Part shown: positions 15,762-24,254 of the stretch, piece after piece
Numbering within the stretch: the first letter of the stretch is position 1
How the letters are laid out: each line of letters starts with the position of its first letter
Virus record (IMG/VR): IMGVR_UViG_3300011443_000043
Coordinates: 1-30,694 of that record
Source of the DNA: a virus
Lineage: Duplodnaviria; Caudoviricetes
Reading direction: 5' to 3' (one strand)
Length of the DNA stretch: 30,694 nt
Program-made: the position numbers and the translations under genes
The notes under the pieces: model-generated
What the model was told of the DNA's origin: nothing
The model's input: only the letters and a program-made list of their open reading frames with translations
The model's database searches: none

Positions 15762-16081
15762 TTGATGTCTTTGAAAAGACGGAAATAGATTTCGCGGCAG
15801 TTCACTGCGCCGAGGTCCGCAAGATGTTCCTCGGTGATCTCGAGCGGCCCGCCATCACCATTGGTGATGTCCGGAATTGAAGTGACCACCAGGGCGAGCG
15901 ACTTTGCCATGTTCCAGTCGGGTACTTCCTCGAGCTCCGTGACCTGGCGCATCAGCGCCGGCGTCACCCGGTATTTGACGGCAAAGTCTTCCGTCTTTCG
16001 TTCGCAGTTCTCGCCCTCTTCAAAGGTCAATGGCACCGTGATAGTGCGGGTGGTGAACTGGCTTACATTTACTCTCGGCAT
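15689..16081 (-). CDS. Tail assembly chaperone (gpG-like)
   Basis: GGAG RBS at ATG 16081; upstream of tape measure; INPT followed by an S/T-rich tail typical of frameshifting chaperones. Confidence 0.75.
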   Translation of the reverse strand: MPRVNVSQFTTRTITVPLTFEEGENCERKTEDFAVKYRVTPALMRQVTELEEVPDWNMAKSLALVVTSIPDITNGDGGPLEITEEHLADLGAVNCREIYFRLFKDINPTQAPATSTDSRSTSATEPAAQS

Positions 16082-16367
16082 AGATCTCCGTTTCGTTGTA
16101 AACACACCTCTGCGCCCGATGCACGAAGGCATCGGCGCGAAGTTTCAATGATGAATGTGATTAGCGGTTGAGTTTTGCGCGGTCGCGCTCGACCGTGCCA
16201 TCGCTGTAATGCTCGGAAGGCGAAACGCCTTCTGTCTGAAATTCCCGATCTTGTTCCAACGCCTCTTCAATAGATCACTCCTAACGTTTTAAGTGGATTT
16301 AGTTTTTGCGGCTCGCACTCGCGCGTGAGACGCGGATGCGTGGTGTGTGGAAACGAGGGTCAGGGTT

Positions 16368-16739
16368 TCAACGCTGTGCGCCGATTTGCTTGCGTTCGAG
16401 ACGTTCGACTGTCATTTCCAGTTCCCGGATGCGCGCGTCCTTCAGGCCGATGATTGATTGCTGGCTCGCAATCTTTTCTTTCAACTGCCCGCCTAACATG
16501 GTTGCCTGCCCGAGGTTCATGCTCATTTCTCGAATCAACTGCGCCGTGCTGACCGCGCTCTGCGTCCGGATGCTTTCAGCTTCAGCAAAGGTTTTGTCTG
16601 CCTCGGCCGGCGCCGTCCGCCAGGTCTTGAAAAATGCAACGATCCCATTCCACAAGCCTTTGTGTGTTGCAAGAATTATTGCAATAAGCAGCCAGACCGC
16701 TTCGCGCCACGAGTGAGGAATGGGAATCCAGGATTGCAT
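16368..16739 (-). CDS. N-terminal TM plus coiled-coil protein (holin/spanin-like)
   Basis: AVWLLIAIILA TM segment then heptad-like C-terminus. Confidence 0.6.
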   Translation of the reverse strand: MQSWIPIPHSWREAVWLLIAIILATHKGLWNGIVAFFKTWRTAPAEADKTFAEAESIRTQSAVSTAQLIREMSMNLGQATMLGGQLKEKIASQQSIIGLKDARIRELEMTVERLERKQIGAQR

Positions 16740-16742
16740 ATT

Positions 16743-17180
16743 TCATAATGCGATCGATTGCAGTTCTCTGGCGTGCGCTCTCAGCTCGCAGTTGATGCGC
16801 TCCAGCTCGTTCCGGTCGACTCCAAGAAGAGGGCAAAGCCCTGGACTTGTTTCCTCGTACCACTCACGCGCGTCAGAATTCGGGAACAGATGTAGGCCGG
16901 CCCGCCGGTGTTCGGGCCCGTATGAAGCGTTCACCGGAAGAGTCTGGACAAACCCGCCAGCGTACTTGGCCGCTTCTTCCTGGGCCAGCGTCAGGTCGGT
17001 GTAGAAGCCGAACCACTCAACGGCAAAGTCGCTGGACCACCCCGTGTCGGCGTAAGCCTTCCGGATCTGTTCCTGCTGTTCAGACGCCAGCTCCGATAGT
17101 GGCCAGCGGCGGCCGACGAGATAGCCTTCGTCTACCGCGGCCAAAACGGGCGCGCGCCGCTCTGCTGTCGCTGCCGACAT
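16743..17180 (-). CDS. Hypothetical protein
   Basis: 145 aa, tight spacing with neighbours, GGAG RBS. Confidence 0.7.
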   Translation of the reverse strand: MSAATAERRAPVLAAVDEGYLVGRRWPLSELASEQQEQIRKAYADTGWSSDFAVEWFGFYTDLTLAQEEAAKYAGGFVQTLPVNASYGPEHRRAGLHLFPNSDAREWYEETSPGLCPLLGVDRNELERINCELRAHARELQSIAL

Positions 17181-17183
17181 TGA

Positions 17184-17345
17184 TTACTCTCCCGATTCGT
17201 TTTCGCCCTGGTCGTCGCCATTGCCTTCGCCCTCTTCAGGCGGCGGCTCGGGTGCCCCCGGGCCGGGGGTCACGCCTGTTGGTTGTGGCGCTGGGCCTTT
17301 CGGCTCGTCGGTGTCGTGGACTTTGTCTTTCTTTTCGTCACTCAT
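17184..17345 (-). CDS. 53-aa acidic Pro/Gly-rich disordered protein
   Basis: ATG 17345 with AAGG upstream; MSDEKKDK...PEPPPEEGEG. Confidence 0.55.
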   Translation of the reverse strand: MSDEKKDKVHDTDEPKGPAPQPTGVTPGPGAPEPPPEEGEGNGDDQGENESGE

Positions 17346-17467
17346 TGGTTTGCCTTTTCTTTCGAGCTGATGTTTACTTCCCGCGCCGCGGTCGCTGCTA
17401 CCTGCAAAGTATGGCGACCGTGACGGTTGGCGGCGTGACTTTCGGGCCACGTCGCCGCCTCTCACTT

Positions 17468-17782
17468 CTAAGTCGCTGTTGGCGGTGTGTGAATCATTAT
17501 TCGGTCCAGCTTTTCCTCAACTCGATCAAATCGCCGCGTGTTTTCGGCTTTGAAATCTTCCCAAATCTTTTTGTCTCGATTTGGATCAAGATGCAGCGCC
17601 GTGTTCGATTCATGCTTATGGAGCTCCTGCTCGGCCTCTCGTAATCGCTCCGCAAATAGCTTGTTCTGTTCTGTCAGCGCGTTAATCCGAAAGTTGTTTA
17701 CCGCCCACGCCGCAATCACCCCAGCAGCAATGACTCCGAGCGTAACCAAAACACCGATGTTGTTCGCAAGCCATGCTCCCAT
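17468..17782 (-). CDS. N-terminal TM plus coiled-coil protein (holin-like)
   Basis: IGVLVTLGVIAAGVIAAWAV TM; C-terminal FDRVEEKLDRI. Confidence 0.65.
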   Translation of the reverse strand: MGAWLANNIGVLVTLGVIAAGVIAAWAVNNFRINALTEQNKLFAERLREAEQELHKHESNTALHLDPNRDKKIWEDFKAENTRRFDRVEEKLDRIMIHTPPTAT

Positions 17783-17792
17783 CCTTTACCCG

Positions 17793-17957
17793 TTACCGCC
17801 CCAACAATGAGACGAGGTGCGGACCCGCGATCAGCAGAAACGCTAACAGGCCCATCGCAAACGCGAGGCGGCCCATCTCAGAAACCTTTGCGTTGGTCGA
17901 CAGTGCGTAGACCAGGGCGCCGATGACGCAGATTAAGAGTGGTAAAAAGATGATCAT
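17793..17957 (-). CDS. 54-aa two-TM membrane protein
   Basis: Own translation MIIFLPLLICVIGALVYALSTNAKVSEMGRLAFAMGLLAFLLIAGPHLVSLLGR; ATGA overlap; not in the ORF track. Confidence 0.75.
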   Translation of the reverse strand: MIIFLPLLICVIGALVYALSTNAKVSEMGRLAFAMGLLAFLLIAGPHLVSLLGR

Positions 17958-18097
17958 AAATCCCTGCCCACCAACAACCGATAGACCAGAAGCACGACCA
18001 CGATCACGATTAACAGGTGAATGAGGTTGCCGCCAAACCCCGACAGCAGGCCGAGCAGCCAGAGAATCAATAGCACTACCAGGATGGTCCAGAGCAT
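17954..18097 (-). CDS. lmo0937/DUF5670-like small membrane protein
   Basis: Own translation MLWTILVVLLILWLLGLLSGFGGNLIHLLIVIVVVLLVYRLLVGRDL, matching the family pattern; not in the ORF track. Confidence 0.8.
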   Translation of the reverse strand: MLWTILVVLLILWLLGLLSGFGGNLIHLLIVIVVVLLVYRLLVGRDL

Positions 18098-18104
18098 GCC
18101 TTGT

Positions 18105-18653
18105 TTACCCCCTGCGAATCGCAAACGCTATTCCAATGATGGCGCTACCAATGACGAAGGCGGCTAAAAGCAGGTAGACGAGCCACTGGATGAGCTGCTG
18201 CTGCGAAACGCGTCCGGTTTTTTCACCCGCGCTGCCGGCTCCTGACGCTGACTGTGCCAACTCGACCATTGATAACCTCTTCAGCACCTCGGCTTGAAAT
18301 GCCCCGAACTGAGTGGCTTGAGCTTGCGCGGTTGATGCTACCTGCGCCCGAAGCGTTTCCGCTGTCGCCACTACTGCAGAGGCCGTTTTAATGACCTCTT
18401 CTCGATCTATCTGTCGAATAGAATCAAGTCGCTTTGACTCAGCGTCGTCCAGTTGATGCTGATGATTGGCCCTGAGTTCACCGATTTCCTTAACGTGTTG
18501 AAGCTTCGCATCAGTCAGCTCTCTCTCTGCTCTGCGCTGAGCGTCGGAAGATTCCTTATTTGCCTGAACAAGCGCGATGACATTCGCAGTCGGATCAATA
18601 ACCGGGCCACCGCTCGCGTCTACTCCTAAACCTGTCACCTTGTCGACGCTCAT
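18105..18653 (-). CDS. Coiled-coil protein with C-terminal TM anchor
   Basis: Long helical region then WLVYLLLAAFVIGSAIIGIAFAIRR. Confidence 0.7.
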   Translation of the reverse strand: MSVDKVTGLGVDASGGPVIDPTANVIALVQANKESSDAQRRAERELTDAKLQHVKEIGELRANHQHQLDDAESKRLDSIRQIDREEVIKTASAVVATAETLRAQVASTAQAQATQFGAFQAEVLKRLSMVELAQSASGAGSAGEKTGRVSQQQLIQWLVYLLLAAFVIGSAIIGIAFAIRRG

Positions 18654-18671
18654 TCATCTCGGGGGCATTTG

Positions 18672-19784
18672 CTACCAGGTGTGAATGTCGCCGTAGCCAT
18701 CCGCCGCAGTCTTATCGGGGCGAAGCTGCGCTTTACCTGTCAGTTCGTATTCGTTGGCTGTGTTCCCAGTGCCCGCCGCGCTGCCGGACTTGAGCTGGAT
18801 CGGCGCCGCCGACAGGCGGATATTGTCGACGCGCGCGAACAGGTTCTGATCAGGCGAGTTCGTCAGGTTCTTGCCGTCGAGAACCAGGCAGACGGCTTCC
18901 GGAGTCTGGCTCAGCAGAGCGGCGTTGAGCGACACACCATAGTCATAGGCCAGGTGGAATGGCTGGACCAGCGCGTCGGCGTCGTCGCCGCCGGAGAAGT
19001 TCGCATCGGTCAGGTTTACGCCGTCAGTCGTCAGGGTGATCGAATTGCCGGCCACGCCCGGAGTGTTGGCGGTAAGCGTTACGGTACTGGGATGCGGTGC
19101 GGCCGTGCACAACGTGGTGGCCGTGTCGGTGTTGACCTTGACCGCCAGGTTGGTGGCCGAGGTTTCGATATCATCGCCGATGTTGATCTGGTCGCCAACC
19201 GCGCCGGAAGCTTTCCATGTGTAAGTCTTGCCCCCGACGACGGTCGTCTGGTCCACGTCAGGTTGATCGGCAAACGTAACCGTGGCGGTTGCTGCCACGG
19301 CGTCCGCGGCGTCGACGTCCAGGAATGTGATGGCGCCGGATTCCGAAACGCGGTAATGCGTGCCTTCGGCCAACGTGCTGGGGCTGCCGGCGTCGTCAGT
19401 GATGACGACCGTGTCAGTGTCGATGTTCGAGTTTGCCGGGTGATAAATGTGACCAGCTTCAAAACCGACAGGCAGCTCTTCGTCGGTAACTGAATCCGCT
19501 TCCACTTCGGTCACCGTTGCGTGACTGATCAGCTCGAGGGTCCGCTTGGTGTGCTCCTTGACGGTGATTTTTACCTCGAGCTCGCGGCTGATGGGGATCC
19601 GCATGTCGATCATGTTCGGACCTTCGCGGCCGGTGGACTTGTTTTCAGCCCACTCGATGGTTTGCGTTAGCTCGAATACAGGCGATTCGCCGAGGTCGGT
19701 GAACTGGGTCGGCATGCCCGCCGCGTCAAGAGGCGAAGCGGAAACATTGCCGGTGCCGATGTAGTATTTTTTCTCAGTTGCCAT
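18672..19784 (-). CDS. Major tail (tube) protein with inserted domain
   Basis: YYIGTGNV...FTDLGESPVFEL...YELTGKAQ tube-like motifs; follows the tail terminator. Confidence 0.8.
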   Translation of the reverse strand: MATEKKYYIGTGNVSASPLDAAGMPTQFTDLGESPVFELTQTIEWAENKSTGREGPNMIDMRIPISRELEVKITVKEHTKRTLELISHATVTEVEADSVTDEELPVGFEAGHIYHPANSNIDTDTVVITDDAGSPSTLAEGTHYRVSESGAITFLDVDAADAVAATATVTFADQPDVDQTTVVGGKTYTWKASGAVGDQINIGDDIETSATNLAVKVNTDTATTLCTAAPHPSTVTLTANTPGVAGNSITLTTDGVNLTDANFSGGDDADALVQPFHLAYDYGVSLNAALLSQTPEAVCLVLDGKNLTNSPDQNLFARVDNIRLSAAPIQLKSGSAAGTGNTANEYELTGKAQLRPDKTAADGYGDIHTW

Positions 19785-19803
19785 GTTCGTTGACCTCGTG
19801 CAT

Positions 19804-19865
19804 GTAACGCAGACTGTCTAGTCTGCGGATTTTCCAATAGCCGCAGACTGGACAGTCTGCGGTAC
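19804..19865. repeat. REP-like inverted doublet
   Basis: GTAACGCAGACTGTCTAGTCTGCGG and inverted CCGCAGACTGGACAGTCTGCGGTAC, each itself palindromic, 12-nt spacer. Confidence 0.8.
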
Positions 19866-19870
19866 ACCCG

Positions 19871-20500
19871 CTACTCCCAGGCGTTGAAGGGCTCGCTGTA
19901 AAACTCGACGGTGAAACCGACTGCGGCGCCGTCGATCGAGAAGGTTTCGGTCGGGATTATGAAACCGTCATTCTGTGGCTTAGTGTCGACCGCGATGGCG
20001 CTCTCAGGGACGTACTTGTTTGTTTCGGCGTTGAAGGTCCGGAACTGCGGATCTCGCTGGCCACTGACTTCGTTTTCGATGATGGCCTTCATGACGTCGC
20101 CAATCATCACCCGCAGCTCGGCCGGCGTGGTCTTTTGCGAATGAAAGATGCGCACCTGAAGCGGTAGAGTGTTCGGAATCGCCTTTTCCTGCGGAAAGCT
20201 TTGCTCACTGGTGTTTACCTGGTCGAAGATGCCCAGCCGGGTCGCGTCTCGCAGTTGGTCCTCATTGAAGTGTGTAGGCCAGTCCTCAGCAGCCGTCGCG
20301 CCGATGTCGGTCTGGAAGCCATTGGCCACCGTGATGCGCGCCAGGCGCTGCGTGAGCTTGTCGACTATCTGCTGGCGGATGGTTGAAGGCATAGCGAGTT
20401 TCGGGTCGAGTTTCGAGTTAGCAGATGCGCGGGTGGGAACTGAGACAAGGCCCGCCAGCAGCACAGCCGTGACAAGTAACAGTCGAAAGATTTGTTTCAT
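19871..20500 (-). CDS. Tail terminator-like protein with N-terminal signal-peptide-like extension
   Basis: STIRQQIVDKLTQRLARITVANGFQTDIG pattern and position before the major tail gene; GGAGG RBS at ATG 20500. Confidence 0.75.
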   Translation of the reverse strand: MKQIFRLLLVTAVLLAGLVSVPTRASANSKLDPKLAMPSTIRQQIVDKLTQRLARITVANGFQTDIGATAAEDWPTHFNEDQLRDATRLGIFDQVNTSEQSFPQEKAIPNTLPLQVRIFHSQKTTPAELRVMIGDVMKAIIENEVSGQRDPQFRTFNAETNKYVPESAIAVDTKPQNDGFIIPTETFSIDGAAVGFTVEFYSEPFNAWE

Positions 20501-20537
20501 CGGTGGATCCTCCGTTGGTCATTGGTGAAAAAGCCGC

Positions 20538-20825
20538 CTACGCGGCATCTTTTTCGGCTTGAATTTCTTTGACTTTTTCAACCGAAGTATTCTCTGGTTG
20601 CTTTACGGCTGTTCGGATCAGCGAGTTGACTTCGGGCTCAGACCTGACCTGCGATCGAGTAAGCACAATGGATAAAGAGCCAACCACCACACCGACTACC
20701 AGCATCACCTGGGCGGTCTGTTCAGCCGTCCATTTGAGAATGCCAAAGATAATCAGCATCGGAATGACGGCCTTGACGATCTCGGCCAACGCGCCTAAAA
20801 CAACTGCTGGTTCTCTTCCGAACAT
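20538..20825 (-). CDS. Holin-like two-TM protein
   Basis: MFGREPAV...two hydrophobic segments...TRSQV, charged C-terminus. Confidence 0.6.
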   Translation of the reverse strand: MFGREPAVVLGALAEIVKAVIPMLIIFGILKWTAEQTAQVMLVVGVVVGSLSIVLTRSQVRSEPEVNSLIRTAVKQPENTSVEKVKEIQAEKDAA

Positions 20826-20854
20826 AGAGTTCTTTCCTTTGTCGCCGATCCGCC

Positions 20855-21358
20855 TTATGGCTGCAGCGCATTGCGCAGCTCGTCGAGACTCGCTTTCAAG
20901 TCAGCATCGGTACTGGCTCTCGCCGGCGTCGAGCCGGCGGCCGTAGACTGGCCTTTAGCACCCAGGCCGCCACCATAGAAAATGCGCGCCGCGTCAATCA
21001 CTCCCTGGATTGCCCGCTGCACCCGATCGAGTTTTGGAGATAGCTTGAAATGACCGCGCCTGAGCACGTCCCAGAAGCGGCCCTGGTAACGGTCGATCGC
21101 GGCTACCTTGCAGGGCTTGTCTGAACCGCATGCCTTCAGCTCGTCGCCGAGAGTAATCGCGCCGTTCGACAGGTCCGTGAAGTCCTGGACCACCGCCGCG
21201 CGATCGCCGCCAAGCTGAAGAGAGTCAAAGAACGCGGGCGAAGCAGCCAGCAGCCCGCGCAGCGTGCCGGTGAATCCGCCGCCGCAGGAAACAAGCATCA
21301 GCAGCAGTCCCGTGACTGCCACCGATTTGAGAGATGAAATGTAAGTTTTGCGAATCAT
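20855..21358 (-). CDS. Lipoprotein
   Basis: Basic N-terminus, hydrophobic stretch, LVS-C lipobox; additional Cys pair CGSDKPC. Confidence 0.7.
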   Translation of the reverse strand: MIRKTYISSLKSVAVTGLLLMLVSCGGGFTGTLRGLLAASPAFFDSLQLGGDRAAVVQDFTDLSNGAITLGDELKACGSDKPCKVAAIDRYQGRFWDVLRRGHFKLSPKLDRVQRAIQGVIDAARIFYGGGLGAKGQSTAAGSTPARASTDADLKASLDELRNALQP

Positions 21359-21699
21359 ACTTCCTTCAGATAGAGCCGGCTGGTGCCGGCGCCCTCAGCC
21401 ACAACCCGCGCGGTCAGCTTGTAAGTTTTGCCATAACCGTCTTCGTGCGCCTCGAGGTTTGGGAAGGTGACCTGCATTCCCGGCTCGATGTCTGCCAGGT
21501 CGGGTGACTTACACAGCATCGAGGGCTCGCTGGTCGAGATGTCAGTGTCGACATAAACCTGGTTGGCTTCACCGGTGAGATCGAAAATGACGTCCATCGT
21601 CTTCTCGAAATCGTCGGGACCGGTGACGGCTGCGGCCGTGGCAAAGTCGTCAGTATCAAAGAACGTTTGGTCGAGGTCTGCGGCGGTCTCGAGGCTCAT
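21355..21699 (-). CDS. Head-tail joining/closure protein (gpFII-like)
   Basis: 114 aa acidic; FFDTDDFATAA...GAGTSRLYL pattern; position after capsid. Confidence 0.7.
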   Translation of the reverse strand: MSLETAADLDQTFFDTDDFATAAAVTGPDDFEKTMDVIFDLTGEANQVYVDTDISTSEPSMLCKSPDLADIEPGMQVTFPNLEAHEDGYGKTYKLTARVVAEGAGTSRLYLKEV

Positions 21700-22127
21700 T
21701 TGCCTTCCAGTTCCGCCTCAATCGTCTCGAGGATTTCGGCTTTCTTCAGGTGCTCAGTTACGCCGATGTTGCGTTCGTGCGCGTAGGCCAGCAGCTCGGC
21801 CTTCGTCATTTTGTGCAGGTCCTGGGGCGACCCGGTCGCTACCGCTCCCGATACTGAAGCCGAGCCGGCGATGACCGGATCGCGGTTGATGGGCTCAGGA
21901 TCGCGCGTCTGTACCTGCTGCCCCCCACCAGGAGTCTCCGACGCTGGCAGCGACGAAGAGACTTCGACTGCGCGACCCTGATTGATGAACCGAAAAGCTG
22001 CGGCCGGATCGACGTCGCATTCCTGCACGGGATAGTCCGGACCGTAGTCACAGCCGTTATAGGAAGTGTTGCGGGTGAACCGCAGCCGCTTCGGACCTTT
22101 CTTTTTGTTGACGAATTCGACTGGCAT
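21696..22127 (-). CDS. Capsid-adjacent protein with C-terminal helix-extension-helix (Rho-N/LEM-like) domain
   Basis: LHKMTKAELLAYAHERNI...KKAEILETI; gpFI position. Confidence 0.65.
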   Translation of the reverse strand: MPVEFVNKKKGPKRLRFTRNTSYNGCDYGPDYPVQECDVDPAAAFRFINQGRAVEVSSSLPASETPGGGQQVQTRDPEPINRDPVIAGSASVSGAVATGSPQDLHKMTKAELLAYAHERNIGVTEHLKKAEILETIEAELEGK

Positions 22128-22208
22128 TGTCTTCGACCGTTTCAGGTGTTGGAGCGGGAACCAACGGCGCCCGCCCCGATCGAGCCATCCCACATTGCTG
22201 CCGCCTTA

Positions 22209-24236
22209 CTAGACGGTCAGGCCGGTGCCCTTAACGAAAGCTTCGGCATAACGGAGCGCGATATCGACCATCAGGAAGCTAGTCACTTCAATCATGCCCT
22301 GCTTCTTGAGGGCGTACGGGTCGGTGATGATTTCGAGCGCGCCCCACTCGCCAACGAGAAGCTGGGACCAGACACCAAATACGATGCCGTGCTCGCTGCC
22401 GGCGCCCAGCGTTTTCGAAACCTGGTTGGTGGCCTCGGCGCGGTAGCCGTTCATCTCACCTCCGCGCCACATCGGCAGCGCGATTGTATTCTCGAGCTCG
22501 GCGGTCTTCTTAGCCTTGCCGCGCACGCCCGGCGTGGTGAGATACGCCATGGTCCCGATGGCCGCGTTGTCGTTCTCGATTTCAGTCTCCATGTCGACAA
22601 TCTTGTCGAAGCTAATAGCGCCACCCATGGCGACCGAATTTACGCCTCCCTGCGCGTAGATGCCGGTTGGGGCACTGCCGCCGCCACCGTGCAGCGCTGC
22701 GCGATCGATGGCCAGCGCGGCGATCGTGGCCATGTCCTGCATTACCAGGGCGTCGATGTTGACGACGGATTGGCGCAGCAACTGGCGCGAATAACTCGTG
22801 GTCGATTGACCCGTCTTCGGCGACATCTCAACCTGGTCCAACGTCAGATTTGATTCGGCAACGTCACTGCCGGGATTCTCACCCACCCAGGTGAAGGTGC
22901 CGGCGCCAATCTGTTTCGGGAAAGCAATGTTCCCCTGAAGGCCCGGCATCACCGTCGCGCCGAGGGCAATTACCATCGCGCGGTTGCGCAGGAGGTCGAT
23001 AAACGATCCCGGCTCAGTGAAGACCAGCTCCTCGCCGGCGGTGTCTGTCTGAGTGTCGAGACCCGAGCGTTGCATCATCTGACGTTGCAGACGCTCGCGC
23101 TCAGCCTGGACCGCGCCGCGTAGAGCGATCGTCGAGGGGATGAGTACGCCGCCGCGCTGTTTGTAGCCCGGCGCATCGATGCGCTTGCGAATCTCGTCTG
23201 AGATTTCCAGCTCGAGTGAATTTGTGTCGCCACCGATCGACCGGTCGCGCATGTTGGCGTCCGCCAGAATCGCGCGGGTGATCGAAAAGGCTTTCTTCTC
23301 GCGCTCTGTAAGGTCGATGACGTTGCCCTGTTTGAGCGGGGTTTTGTTTTCCTGCTCGCGCGACTGGCGCTTGTCGAAGACCATCTGCCGGAACTCGGCG
23401 ACGTTCTTGCCCTGGGCAATCGCGTCGCGCGCGACTTCCTGGGCAAGCGACTCGCCCGGCGCGTCGATCACTTTGGCCAGGTCCATAATTTCGGTCGCAC
23501 GCGCAACCTCGGAAACGACCACGGGTTTGTTTTCTTCTTTTTCCGGCATTGATTTCACCTCATCAGGGTTTTCAGTTGCGCGCGCTTCCGGCTCTTCAGC
23601 CGTGGCACCTGGTTCAACGATTTCGAGCCCGAGCTCCTTCGCGCGGGCCTTAACTTGTTCGACTTCATCAGCGGCTGGAGTCTCCAGCTCGCGGCCAACA
23701 CCGACTGTGGTGTCAAACGGAATTGAGACAAGCGAGATTTCCAGCGGCTCCCACAACGTGGCCGTCAGCGTCTCGCTCTTTTCGTCATACTCGTACTTGT
23801 GGATCTCATAGCCGACACTGACGAGCTGGCGAATCCCGTCGACAACGTCCTGGAATTCATCCTCGGCGATCTGGCGTTTTGAGAATTTAACCGTGGCGCG
23901 CGCCTTCTTGCCGTCGGTCTCTGCAGTGCCTTCGACGACTTTGCCGACCTGCGTCCTGGTGTCGTGGTCTTTCAACAACGCGCCGCCGCTGTTCAGGCGA
24001 TCGAGCTTGATCGCGCCGTCCTTGTGCGAGAGAACTTCGGTGTAAAAGTAACGCTCGCCGGCCATGTCGCTCGAGAAGGAAAGGTCGACGGTGCGATCGT
24101 CGGCGTTGATGCCGTCGCGGCGAACAACCTCGAAGTTGCGATAGAGCTTTTTGCCGACGACTTCGCGCTTGAGAAACTCCCGCCGTTCCTCGGGCTTGAG
24201 GCTGCGGAAATCGCGGCGATTGAGTTTGTCAGTCAT
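22209..24236 (-). CDS. Prohead protease and HK97-fold major capsid protein fusion
   Basis: N-terminal LLKDHD...VSVGY...WEPLEISLVSIPFD protease motifs; C-terminal capsid with FGVWSQL..GEWG...DPY. Confidence 0.92.
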   Translation of the reverse strand: MTDKLNRRDFRSLKPEERREFLKREVVGKKLYRNFEVVRRDGINADDRTVDLSFSSDMAGERYFYTEVLSHKDGAIKLDRLNSGGALLKDHDTRTQVGKVVEGTAETDGKKARATVKFSKRQIAEDEFQDVVDGIRQLVSVGYEIHKYEYDEKSETLTATLWEPLEISLVSIPFDTTVGVGRELETPAADEVEQVKARAKELGLEIVEPGATAEEPEARATENPDEVKSMPEKEENKPVVVSEVARATEIMDLAKVIDAPGESLAQEVARDAIAQGKNVAEFRQMVFDKRQSREQENKTPLKQGNVIDLTEREKKAFSITRAILADANMRDRSIGGDTNSLELEISDEIRKRIDAPGYKQRGGVLIPSTIALRGAVQAERERLQRQMMQRSGLDTQTDTAGEELVFTEPGSFIDLLRNRAMVIALGATVMPGLQGNIAFPKQIGAGTFTWVGENPGSDVAESNLTLDQVEMSPKTGQSTTSYSRQLLRQSVVNIDALVMQDMATIAALAIDRAALHGGGGSAPTGIYAQGGVNSVAMGGAISFDKIVDMETEIENDNAAIGTMAYLTTPGVRGKAKKTAELENTIALPMWRGGEMNGYRAEATNQVSKTLGAGSEHGIVFGVWSQLLVGEWGALEIITDPYALKKQGMIEVTSFLMVDIALRYAEAFVKGTGLTV

Positions 24237-24254
24237 TTCAAAAGTTGTCTGCGG

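Noticed and set aside
16147-16367. Possible short ORFs in the gap before the tail chaperone
   Set aside because: Two competing short frames; the more protein-like one lacks a standard start; cannot be supported
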